Below, in pieces: positions 11,386-23,338 of a stretch of DNA of 64,000 nucleotides. Source of the stretch: Enoplolaimus lenunculus (lineage: Eukaryota); contig JASANG010002570.1 in NCBI GenBank assembly GCA_030248215.1, positions 372,001 to 436,000 on the forward strand, given 5' to 3'. The notes below the pieces were generated by a model. The model saw only the letters and a list, made by a program, of their open reading frames with translations. It was not told where the DNA came from and made no database searches. Each line of letters begins with the position of its first letter. Position 1 is the first letter of the stretch. A program made the translations under genes and the position numbers.

Positions 11386-14300
11386 ATGGTGCAGCTTCGT
11401 GGTAAAAGACAAGGGCGCTCCGGATCAGGCAGCAGAAAAACATCAAAGTCAAGGGAGACTGGATTGAAACGCGTAGCATCACGGTCGAAATCATCAGCCA
11501 AACAGCGTCGTTCGGCATCCATAAAAACGAGAGCAGTAGTTACCAAGGCTGCTGAAGTTGTCAGCAAAGTGACTGCCAGCACCGCAACAAAAAAGCAACC
11601 AAAAACAAGTACGTATATTAGAATAGAACAGTATTCTACTCTTTTTATTGTCATTTTTTATATTTAAACCTTTAAAGGTTGCGCTATACTTTTGTTGACG
11701 TCCGGCGCCCACCCGTACGGTGCCGCCCGTCACCATGCTTCATTCGTACGGTGCCGTCCGCCGCCGTGCGCTATCGTACGCAAATAACTCACGTACGATA
11801 ACGTATTGTACGAAATGCGACTTAGGCCACCGTACGGGTAACCGGCGGCGCCGTACAAGGACGGACGGAGCCGGACGTCGAGTATAGCGCAACCATAAGT
11901 CAGGCATCAGAATATTAAGTTAACTTCTAAGTAAATTGAATGGGTCATAGTGACATTGAAGACAATTGCTTCGGTAAATTTTTTTTGACGTGTTCAGTTT
12001 TGAAATCACGTAAAAATGACCGGGGATTGGAATAAAAAATTTTGCAGTAATTCCGGCCGGAACAGTATGTAGGTTAGGAGATGTGCGGAAAACTCCATAT
12101 TTGATCCCATGGAAACAAAATTCGTAAAAATGAAATTTTCAAAAAATGTTGGCAATTTCGTCGCGTTCGAAAGCTCAAAGCCTGAGGAATATATATACGA
12201 TTTCTGAATGTGGAGTGTGGTTTTGCAATCGGACAAAAAAGGTGAGGCCTGAAAACCTCTAATATAGATCCCCCAAAATTTTTGGTTTTTACAAATTTTA
12301 TAACTGATGGTAGATTTTCCTGCAATATAGTTTTTGTGTGGACGCATACATTGACAAGCTTTCTAACTAGAGCCCAAAAAGATATTCTTTGATTCACCCG
12401 TCGCTGGCTCATCTCGAAAACGTGGTAAAACACTTAGCGGTTTGTGAAAATTTTTATTTTAGCGTAACGACTAGACTTTGTTCTAAGACAAAATAATAGT
12501 GAAAGTGCACTAGCTATTGCATCAACACCGGCAGTTTGAGGGATAGAATCAACGCATATACGTACTTATCTGTTGTACATCAATTCGAAAGGTGTGATTC
12601 CGTGAGCGGGAGGATCATTTATAATCACTCCGTAATTTTTGCTTTTTAAACGCGACTTTCCGGGGAATCAAAATTTTATTCCTTCCCCCCGGAAAGTTCC
12701 AATTTTTTTCAATATACGTATTGCTCGTTGCAACAAGCAACATAAACTACGCATTAGACTGGCTGTGCAACGGTCGAAAACTGCAAAAATGTTTGGATTA
12801 GGACTAAAAAATACTATGAAATGAAATTTTCGGGTGTTGATCAAAAGTGTTTCCGGGGGTGGGGATCATATGTGTCCATATCTATATTCCTGGCTGTAGT
12901 GGACGGATTTTGAAGCTTTTTGCATATATGGGTTTCTGATGTAGGGATGTGCCGATGCCGATTCTTATTTTGAAATTTTGCCGAACCGATGCCGATTCCA
13001 ACTTTAGTACACCATGCTCAATTAACAGATAGGATACTGCATTACATCATTATATGAAGACTTAAAGAACCCTAACCATAATAAACGATTATAATTTTAG
13101 ACGAACGGTTCATTTCAATTAATTTTTTCAAGCGCAGGCGCAAGAAAGATATCAGTTTTTCGCCCGGACACACTGATTTGCGCCCAGAAATGAAATTGAT
13201 AGCATTCAAACTGACTGTGATGTGCAAAAAGTATGGGCAAAGAATCGGCAATTTTTATGCAGTGCCGATGCCGATACTCACGAAACTGCCGATTATTACG
13301 TACCGATGCCGATTAATCGGCACATCCATATTCTGATGACATTCCCTGATCATTACATGTCCAAATCTGAATTTTGTAAAATTCGGATTATAAGGCCACA
13401 AGTGCAGACCCTTGGGTTGGGACCCAAAAACTTTTTTCGAAAAGTTGGACAAATATATACATATATCATTTGACGCAGTTTGCTGAGCTGAGTCGAGTGG
13501 GTTAAAGTTTCTGCGATCAAGTCTGTTTAATTAACGAGTTGTTGTCAAATAACTGATTTGGCGCGCTGCCAGCGATCATGGTTTGGCGCCAAATTTAGTT
13601 ATTTGACAATAACTTGTTAGCCAGACGTCTGATTGGGGAACATTTAACAATATTCGTCTTACCTTCGCAACCTGTGTCAAATGGTATATAATGTGTCTAA
13701 ATTTTCGGCAAAAATATTTTGGACCAATGAGGAATTTTGGGCCTTGAAATTCGAATTTGTCAAAAAATTTAACTCTGGGCGTGGATTAATCGGGGGAGAT
13801 CATCAGAACATCAGAAACTCATGAATGAGCGAGAGTCACACTTGTTTTTTGTCAGCATACATTAAATCCCAAGTATTCTTGTGTTAAATCATACGGTAAA
13901 GGCAAGCTTTCAATTTTGAGCGCCCGAACTTTGGCCCCACTGTCGATGTAACCTGGTTAGCGATCCAAACGAGATGCATATGTATTTTTACGTTAAATAT
14001 TGTGCCAAAGCTTTGGTTCAGAAATCATTTATATATTAATATGCGGCAATATTAGCTCTTTTGGAAAATATAATGTGTCCTGGTGGACAAATACACATGG
14101 CCACTGTTAATGTGTTGCATGTAAATAAGTTACATGCCATCTAAAAACGTTATTTTATATCATTTAGTTGCAAATTATATTGAAGAATCGTTTAATATTT
14201 TCTCATTTTTTCCTGTAATTTTTTCCTGCCAACAACCCTGATAGGTAGTATGACAATATAGCTACGTACAACCAGGGTGCAACGGAATTACAATTAACCG

Positions 14301-17300
14301 TAACCGGAAGACGAAGAAATGCCGGAAGCGGAATTCCGGCTGCACCTGTAGTAATGTCACGTAAGCCGCATTCAATTTTTTGAAATGTGATTTTGCAAAA
14401 AAAAATTACAAAATGACAGTGCTAAAACTATTTAAAACGGAGACGTTGGAACGGATTAGCACATTTCTTGTGCAGTAAAGTGAGGCCACGGTCGTTTCAT
14501 TTCGGGTCGGCGGTAATCGAAACGTCGCGTTTTCAGCGATTCTCCTCATGCAGTTCTTGTGGAACCTTTGTAGTATGCAGTCGGGAATACAACGTGTTGC
14601 CCATATACGTGGTGGCTGCGACCTGAAAAATTCTGAAAAAGAAACCTGGAATTTTGCAATGTAATCTAGAAAAACATGGAAGTTTGCAATGTAACCTAGA
14701 AAAACTCGGAATTTTTCCGACGCCCCGTTCAAAATATAACAACCTGGAACATTTGACCAAATCTGACCTGGAAAACACGGAATTTTGATTGAAAGTTTTT
14801 GTGTAGATTTTTTGTTTTGAGATCCCTTTCAATTTAGCGGCTTCGTGATCCTGATCCACTCAGCGCAATAGTTGAAACTATATTTATATACATATAATTA
14901 TTACAATAATTTTGATAACAAATCTGTTGCTTGTTCACTCTTCTTACAGCGTTAGTTCTAATAGGTAGTTTTGCCCATAATATGTTTCTTGTTAGGTTAG
15001 ACTGTCGCTGATAAAGTCTGTTAATAGTCCTCTAAACAAAAACCTGGAAGATTTCGAAAAATATCCTGGATAATACTGGAAAAACTTAGAAAATGACTTG
15101 CCATTTTGCGCAGCCACCCTGCATATACTCATAGCTTTTCAAGCCCAAGCAGGTTTGCTTTGTATGAATGGTGCGTATTACTATTATCTATTAAATTTTG
15201 GCCACCGTTGTGTGGTGGAACACTACCTAATCAATTTGGCTTCGATCAGTCCTCGTCTCCGAAATCTAGCGCACGAAACGTCAGCAAAATTTTAAACTTA
15301 GTGAGATTTATTTCAGTATAAAACACCTACTTCATGCTCACAATATATATATACGTCAGGGTGCAACCGGAATTCCGGTTCCGGTTCCGGCATTTTTTCA
15401 CCTTCCGGTTCCGGTAAATTTTTACCGGATTTAAAAATTCCGGTATTATAATTTGGCCGTTTTCTTAACTTTGCTAATTTTTAAGAATCTCTCTTGAAAG
15501 CCACTTGTACTCCGAATATAAGCCATTGATGGTGGATTTCACTTCAGTCGATGATGAAAATCTAAAATACAACAAATAAAATGAATACCTATGTTCGACT
15601 AAGGTTATTTCACAAATAATAGAGCAAAAAATAAGATTAAAATGAAATTTTTGGTGAAATGCATTTTTCACTTTCCGGTTCCGGTTCCGGTAAAATTTTC
15701 AAATTCCGGTTCCGGTAAATTGTAATTCCGGTTGCACCCTGATATACGTATCCTTTGATGGAGCTTGCGTAATATTTAGCCCATTGTTTTAGTTTCCGTT
15801 AAACCACGCCAGTTGTCGCGTGGTGCAAGTAAAAAAAGACGATCAGCTGCGAAGAGCATTCATGCTAGTTCTGGCACAGTGTCAATGACAAAGTCAGAAT
15901 CAGTTGGTACAACACCACAAACAAGAGTCGGGCGAATCAAGCAAGAACCTATATCGTCTGTCAAATCCTCTGTGCGTACCGCGCAGCGTGGCGCACGTAC
16001 TAAAGTATCTCTATCACCTAAACTGTCCCCGTCAAAAAAATCGGGATCAAAATATATTGAAAAGAAAAAAAGCAGCACTGCGAAGTCTGTGGTTAATCGT
16101 AAATCGTCTGGTGTTGAAAGACAAAATGATAGCGATGAGGAAGATGATATCTCACCGCCGTTGCCGTTCAGACGGAAATCTCGGGTAGGCAGCGTTTAGT
16201 TTTGCGTACGCCAGTTTATATTATCGTTATTCACAGTTAAAAACAACAGAATTATTAATTAAAAATAGTGTTGTGATGATGAATCGGCATCTGTAATCGG
16301 CACTTCTCGGTCTATACTTTTTGCTCATAACAGTCAGTCGGAATGCTCTCAATTTCATTACTGGGCGCATCAGTGTGTCTGGTCAGGGAAACTGTTATCT
16401 CTTACGTTTGTGTTTGAAAAAATTAATTGAAATGCTGCGTTCTTATGAAATTATAACCGTTTATAATCGTTAAGGTTTAAGTCTTCATATAAAGATGTAA
16501 TGTAGTATCCCATCTGTTTATTCAGCATGATGTACTAAAGTTGGAATCGCCGTCGGTTAGGCATCGGCAAAATTTCAAAAAAATCGGCATCTGCAAAAAG
16601 TTTGGTATCGACACATCCCTATCAGTGATATTGAATTAATTTCTTTAAGCGAGATTCATTGGCTGCGTTAAACGGATCGATGGATACGCAAACCCCGTGC
16701 AGTTTCCGTGGAACGCCATTTACAAAATTACAGCGGCGTGTTGATGAGAATTTTGGTTCTGGCGTGAAATTCAACTCAGGAGGAGATGACGATGCTTCGA
16801 TGTTGAGCGCAAAAATAAAAGCGTTGCGGTTTATTGCACAAGATACTGCGCTTCCACCGTCTAAAGTTGCTAGCGACATATATTTGCTTCGCAGATCACT
16901 ATTGGCCGATAAAAAACCGACGACATATGCAACAAAAATCAACAACGCGAGCGCAATAAAAAATTACTGGAAAACACGACAACTGCAGCAAACAACTGGA
17001 GAGGGGCAGCAAAGTGAAGAGTGGAAAGGTGATAACTATGATCCAGATAGCAGCGCCGGCGGGCATAAAACTGGCGTCGTGAGACTTCGACGTCTGGGTG
17101 GTAAGTCCGGGACAGACTACCTCAATGATGATTTCATCAATGACCGTGGTGCGCATTGGAAAACGGCAACCGAATTTGAACGAAATCTCGACGCAGTTGA
17201 AAAATCCGCGATGGCAAAGGCAACAGATGTCGCTGAACGGCGGCGGACGGCGTCGTTTTTTAAAGTTCCCGACCTTATAGTACCAAAGTTGCGCGCGAGA

Positions 17301-17990
17301 GAGACTGCTAGTAGTACGAGCGAGCCCAGTACCTACTCTACCAAGACAACGGTGACCGGTGGTGCTTCTGCGAGCAAGTATCAAGCGGACTCGAATGATG
17401 AAATATTGCCAGGGACGTATAATCGCCGATTGTTGCGGAGTTCGCTGCTCGGTGCAACAGGGGTCCGTCGCAGTGAAGTTGACTCACACTCTCGTCTTGG
17501 CAGGCAAACATTTGACGTAGGGGCTGTCGAAGGCATACGAACAAGGTTTGTTGGCCGCGATCGGGTATTGCAAATGAATCCGATTACTGAACGATGGGAC
17601 AGAATGGGCTGGTCACTTGATGGTAGCAGCTCGCGTAGTCCGAGCAAAAAGTGGTTTCAATTCGCTCCGTCGTTTCGAGTTAGAATTCCGTCAGCGCGCA
17701 TCGTAATTGGCCTCATTGTTGCAGCGATCGTTTTTGGTACTCTTATTGTGCTTGCCAGTCGTCCAGCGGGCCGACAAACGCTAGAGCAATGGCGAAGCAA
17801 GCTTCCACGAGCACCTCAACGCGCAGATATTGATGCAGGGCTCGACCGGATTACTTCTGCAATGAAATATGCACGTAGTGTATCGGAGGATACAGCACGC
17901 GCCGCGTACGATACAACTAAACGAATGGTTGACCAAGCGTTTATGACCCCCACAGGTGCAATCAATACTACCGTTCCGGATGGAAGTTAA
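11386..17990 (+). CDS. Uncharacterised Lys/Arg/Ser-rich protein with one near-C-terminal TM helix; 3 exons, about 651 aa
   Basis: Exons 11386-11608 (donor GTACGT, phase 1), 15793-16184 (acceptor TTTTAG, donor GTAGGC, phase 0) and 16650-17990 (acceptor TTTAAG) join in frame (1956 nt). TM segment IVIGLIVAAIVFGTLIVLA at about 17700-17756. Confidence 0.72.
11676..11895. mobile_element. PIF/Harbinger-like MITE with TAA TSD
   Basis: TAA|AGGTTGCGCTATACT ... AGTATAGCGCAACCA|TAA; related copies near 2195-2567, 22905-23240, 24853-25010, 25940-26121 and from 45421. Confidence 0.72.
12942..13330. mobile_element. hAT-type MITE, TAGGGATGTGCCGAT family, 8-bp TSD TTCTGATG
   Basis: TTCTGATG|TAGGGATGTGCCGAT ... 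ATCGGCACATCCATA|TTCTGATG. Other copies or fragments near 11005-11255, 16281-16621, 23785-24150, 26535-26865, 31939-32176, 57701-58913 and 60277-60672. Confidence 0.85.
13331..13822. mobile_element. Old foldback element with about 230-bp diverged inverted arms
   Basis: GTTGTTGTCAAATAACTGATTTGGCGC and GCGCCAAATTTAGTTATTTGACAATAAC flank a centre near 13572; symmetry extends to TTCTGATG/CATCAGAA. Confidence 0.6.
14610..15121. mobile_element. hAT-like MITE with GGTGGCTGCG termini and ACCTGGAA subterminal repeats
   Basis: GGTGGCTGCG ... CGCAGCCACCCTG, with CATATAC on both flanks. Confidence 0.55.
15357..15741. mobile_element. hAT-type MITE, CAGGGTGCAACCGGAATT family, 8-bp TSD ATATACGT
   Basis: Perfect 18-bp TIRs, perfect 8-bp TSD, CCGGTT subterminal repeats; a very similar inverted truncated copy lies at 57298-57625. 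Confidence 0.88.
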
Positions 17991-18067
17991 TTTGTGGTTG
18001 ACGTTTTGCGAGTAGTTAGTGTACATTTATGTGTAACTACGTATATTTTGTATGTGTCTATAGTATG

Positions 18068-19413
18068 TGGGTGCAACCGGAATTCCGGTTCCGACAATTT
18101 TTGACCTTCCGGTTTCGGTGATTTTTTACCGGAATTAAAAGTTCCGGTAATAAATTTTGGTCGGGTGGGAGAAAATTAAGATATTTTACTAAAAATGACG
18201 ATGAAAATTAAGTAATTTCATTCATATAGTATATAAACCTTGACAATCGCCTAAATTAAACCATCGAGGGTTATTTGCGCTTCCGTGGATCAGGGACGGG
18301 CGGTCTCGGGATTTGGCTGCTCTCGGTTTCGCTTTTTTCAGTCTCGTGGTTTACAAACCGAGACCAAAGAGGTGAAAAAGCGATAAGCAATCACAAAAAC
18401 TTTCCTTAGATCGCAGCTTTGGCCCGGATGTACTTGCGCATTTTGCCTACCAACACAGACAGCGAACGATTGTGGAGCACTGCTACTTGGTTATATAGCG
18501 ATTTGAGAAACAGAATGACCCATCCGGTTGCCCAACATTCTATCTGAATAAGGATTGCACCGAGGGTGTTATAAAAAGGGACCGTGACCAAAAGTCTCTG
18601 TCTCGGTCGGGACAAACCCCACTGTCTCAAAACACCCTTAGTACAACCCTAACTCAAAGCTGTAATGTTGTTTTTGATCCCGGGCAAACTGAATAGACAG
18701 GAAATTTTTTAACTTAGCGTAGACCTTATAGCGGTGCTCCACGATCGTTCGTTCTCTGTCTGTGTTGGTAGGCGAAATGCGCAACTACTTCTGGGCCAAA
18801 GCTGCGATCCAAGGAAAAGTTTTGTGATTGCTTGTCGCTTTTTCACCTCTTCAATTTTGGTTTGCAAACCACGAGACTGACAAAAAGCAAGACCGAGAAC
18901 AGCCAAATCCCTAGACTTACCGAGACCGCCCATCCATGTCGGTAGGTTGGGTCTACGAAACTCTAAAATACTGATGATATAGTGAATACCTATCTCCAGC
19001 TAGGGTTATTTCACGAATGATATGGCAGAAAAGAAAATTAAATTGAATTTTTCGGTGTCAAATTACCGGAATCGGAACCGGAAAATGAAATATATATGCC
19101 ACCGAAAAATTTATTTTAAATTTCTTTTTTTGGAATATTATTGGTGAAATAACTCAAGTTGGAGTAAGGTACTCACTTTATCTGCTGTATTTTAGATTTT
19201 CATTATCCACGGAAGTAATAGTTTTACGTATATTTTGCATTTTCATAACCCATGGAAGCAAAATCTACCTTCGGTGGGTTATTTTCGGCTATTGTCAAGG
19301 TTTATGGAATATATATACTATATAATGAAATTATTCAATTTTTATAGTCTTTTTAGTAAAATATGTAAATTTATACCGACCAAAATTTTAATTCCGGTTA
19401 CGGTTGCACCCTG
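18068..19413. mobile_element. Composite: two inverted CAGGGTGCAACC-family copies with a nested long-TIR element at 18291-18938
   Basis: Outer arms are reverse complements meeting near 19060; the inner element has about 195-bp inverted arms (18291-18485 and 18730-18938). Confidence 0.65.
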
Positions 19414-19614
19414 CATAATACCTATTTAAATGCTATATGATGATTATGCAAGTTTTGGAATAATTTGGTATTAGCGCTGCAATTTGTAAACTTAACGATA
19501 TGCGGGCTAAACCGTGAATTTGCTTTTTTCAACAATTTGGTTCACGTTCTGCAATTGTATATTTGTGGTACCGTTTAAAGTCTTAAGCAGCGAAATGTAA
19601 GAATTCGTGGCAGG

Positions 19615-20125
19615 CAGGATGCAACCGGAATTATAATTTACCGGAACCGGAAAGTGAAAAAACAGTTCATGATATGGTCCAGGAAGTGAAATTGATTGGA
19701 TTCCAACTGACTGTTATGTGCAAAAAGTATGGGCTAAGAATCGGCAATTTTTGGTAGTGCCGATGCCGATACTCACTAAAAGTCCCGATTATTACCGATG
19801 TCGATACCAATTGGTCGACACATTCCTACCTAGTTATTTACTTAAGCTGCTGTATTCTAGATTTTCATTATCCACGGAAAGAAAATCTACTTCCGATTGA
19901 CGGTTGTATTTTCGGTGACTGTAAAGGTTTATATACCGTACTAAGTGAAATCTATTTTGTTGGCGTCATTCTTGAGTAAAATGTTTAATTTTCACAGGCT
20001 TCTTAAAAGATTAGTAAAGTTAAAAGTGACCAAGATTTAATAATGGAATTCTTTAATTCCGGTAAAAATATACCGGAACCGGATGGTGAAAAAATTCCCG
20101 AACTGGAATTCCGGGTTGCACCATG
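19615..20125. mobile_element. CAGGGTGCAACC-family MITE containing a TAGGGATG-family fragment
   Basis: Flanks GTGGCAGG and GTGGCAGA (7/8 TSD match); TAGGGATG-family sequence at about 19680-19830. Confidence 0.65.
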
Positions 20126-21774
20126 GTGGCAGACGATCTGCTAATAGTTATGTGACCAATAGTACCACAGCTTGTTTTATTATATATATTGATATTTTTT
20201 GTACCGTTCGTGTTTTGTAAACGATGTGCAACGATGTTATCCCTATTTTATTTTTGTTATCTGTTATGCATATATATGTCGTAGGCCAATACGCTATTCA
20301 GACCAATTACTAATTGGCCTGGGCCAAACTGGTATTTTGAGCGCACACAGGCATGTACGAATGCGTATACCTTAAGAATTCCGGAATGAACTAAAACGAA
20401 AAATCTAAGCTAACAATTTTGATTCCGTAGCGCGAGTTATCATCGAGTTTATCGTTTTGTAGGACACAGTTGTATCTTTGTCTTAAAAACTTGAACAAAC
20501 AAATAATGATCATGCTACGAAACTAACTTTGTCAGAACAAAGTTTTAATTGTCATTAAATGCGTAATTTAGGTTAGCGTTCTAAATCGTAATTCAGTATG
20601 AACAGCGACAAATTTCGCCGTAAATATAAAAAGTTTGTTAAAAGTGGAATGGAGACGGAGGATTAATTATCAAAGTTCATCGGAATATTTTCGTTGATTT
20701 CAACAAATTTTTCAACTACTAGCCAGGGATCAACCGAATATATTAATATCCGTCAAAAAACCGGCATTCGTATCCGGCCTAAACCTACCGGATATTGCGG
20801 CTGTAGTTCCAAAGATAAAACTGTATTTGCATATGTAAGTACAGAACATTTTGCTGCTACTGCATATCCGGGAAGTCAAGAAGCTTAAGTTTTTTTGACA
20901 TTGGAGTGAATGGAAAAATTCAAGCTTACCATTGATTTTCAATCAGTAAATATATACTAGCCCACAGTGCACAAATTTAAAAATATAATACAGGTTAACA
21001 AATATGAAAAATTACGATTCCGATGATGATTCTAATCGGAAAACTGTTCGCACCCTGCTGAACGTTAGAGCTAATGTTGACATGAAATAAATTTTACGAA
21101 TTCCGAATTTTCGTGTGAAATTATTTGAGGTGTCGGTAGAGATCTCTGTTGATTTATGCCAGTGTATTGATTGCCAGATAATTTCTCTACAACTGTTAAA
21201 CATATTATCAGGGTGCAACCAATCCTCCCTTCCCCCCCCCCCCCCCCCCACAAAAAAAAAACAAAAAAAAAATCTTCTCTCTTCTTCTTTTTTTTTTCCC
21301 ATATTATATATTATGATCTCATTGATCGTTTTATTGATATTGAGATGTTTTTTGTAGCAGTATGAAACTAATCATTTTTATATTTTTGTGTGTTATTAAC
21401 TCTTGTTGTGCGAATACGGTGTCAAATATTAAAAACTGGCAGCTACTTCATTGGCAAATATTGGTGAAAAGGTCAAATTTCGAAATATGCCAATTTTTAC
21501 TATTCGAGATCGACATGCGGAACTGCTCGCAATGCACATTGATTGTATATATTGCACGTTTTTAATATTGTCACGTTTTAAATAAAGTGTGAGTGTAAGT
21601 TTTAGAGCATTGGCCGTACGTGTGATAGCGGCGTCGAATTAGACTCAGTTTGTGCAGTGTGGAAAATTTAATCTGAAGCGAAGGCTGTTTGGAAAACAGG
21701 AAAATTCGAAAAAGCTTGTGGCGGGGGAAACTTTTTCACTGTGGGAGGTAACTAATGAAGTTCCTGAATTCTAT

Positions 21775-22035
21775 ACGTTTTAAATTTTCAACTTTTCCCG
21801 TTTTCCAAACAAAACCTATGGTTCAGGTTTACCCTACCAATCCAGACAAAATCATAGGCGTTTAAATTTTCCGCCGTTTTCCAAACAAAATGTACTTTTA
21901 GACTTTCCCTACCTAAACCAGAAAATACCTATATACGTTTAAAATTTTCCCGTTTTCCTTACAAACTACACTACATATTTCTCCTACCGAACCAGGGAAT
22001 ATCCAGGCTTATGAAATTTCCACTTTTTCAGTCAA
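21775..22035. repeat. Degenerate tandem repeat, unit roughly 80 bp (TTTTCCCGTTTTCCAAACAAA...CCTACC..CCAG)
   Basis: Motif recurs near 21794, 21868, 21946 and 22017. Confidence 0.5.
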
Positions 22036-22310
22036 ACATACTTGTGATTTTTGCTACTGAATCAGCGGAGTTCCTACATAGTTGTGGCCTATTGAAAGAT
22101 CAGGGGCGGAACGTTCTTTGTGGATTAGAAAAGAATAAGCTTCAACTATTTTTTGCTTGGCCTAGGTTTACTTTAGGCGTAGGAATATGCTTGATATTGT
22201 TCCGCCGCTGTTCTGTACATTAGCCTTAGCCGTCATAACTGGCTGTGCTGCACTCCTGGTCATAAGTTTTCCACCCTAGAAAACTGGAAGCCCTGTTCTG
22301 TACATGGGCC

Positions 22311-22497
22311 GGGATTTTATATTTTGGAATATGGTCGATGGTGGGATTTTGATATTTTGGGATTTCCGTATATAGTCGAAAATAGGATTTTGGTATTTCG
22401 GGATATGATCGAAGGAGGGATGTTATGATTTCGGGATATGGTCGAAGGTGGGATTTTGGGTTTTTGAAATTTCGGGACATGGTCGAAGGTGGGATGA
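22311..22497. repeat. Minisatellite, about 33-bp unit (TTTCGGGATATGGTCGAAGGTGGGATTTTGG..)
   Basis: About 5 diverged copies visible. Confidence 0.7.
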
Positions 22498-23338
22498 ACC
22501 GAATACCCAGCACTTTTGAACAAACTATTTTTAGAATTGTATATCTTACGCTAATAACAATCAGCTTGTGGGTCAGGGTACTCTTTTAGATCACTAGATT
22601 AAAGCAAGTGCTTAAGAAAAAGGTTCGGAAACCAAAAAAAACGCAAAATCGAGTTTCGTATATCCGAAATAGAAACTTTAATTTCGTATATACGGATAAA
22701 TATCCGGCATGAATTACCGGATATTAGGATATGAAAAAATATCCGATGCTCATCACGTGCTCCGACATATTTGTTAATGCACCCTGCAATTACCTATTCT
22801 ACTAAATTCACGTCTACCACAACGCATTTATTAAATATATTTTAACAACGTATGCACTAATAACACCGTTTCAAACATATTGCTAAGTCTATTGAATTTG
22901 CACGGGTGGCACTGTACGTCATTCTTGCCGTGGCGTTCTGCAATTTGTGTGCGATGCCACACCGAAGACGCCGGAAAGTATTAAGAGTCAAAAGTATAGC
23001 GCCACCCTATGGGTTGTGCTATACTTGACGTCCGACGCCGTCCGTCACCATGCGTCAACCGTACGACACCGTCCCTTACCCGTACGACGCCGTCCGTCAC
23101 CGTTCGCACCATACGTTATCGTACGTGACTTATTTGCGTACGATACCGCAACGTGACAGACGACGCCGTCCGGGTGACGTACGGCGTCGTATGGGTGGCT
23201 CACGGCGCCGGAAGTCAACAAAAAAGTATAGCGCAATCCTTTATACCGAAAATCATATAAAATAACCACACATATCACGTAAACAGTGAAAAGTATAAAT
23301 TCCATATTAAATTTTGTTTGAAACAATTTAAAACTGAA

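Noticed and set aside
14950..14964. Possible 15-nt in-frame microexon of the orphan gene
   Set aside because: Lies inside a MITE and has no independent support.
15474..15671. Duplicated 65-aa ORF (also 57362-57559)
   Set aside because: Interior of two copies of the same MITE; non-ATG start.
16622..17647. Antisense ORFs overlapping real CDSs (also within MFSD8 and jun)
   Set aside because: Shadow ORFs with no recognisable motifs.
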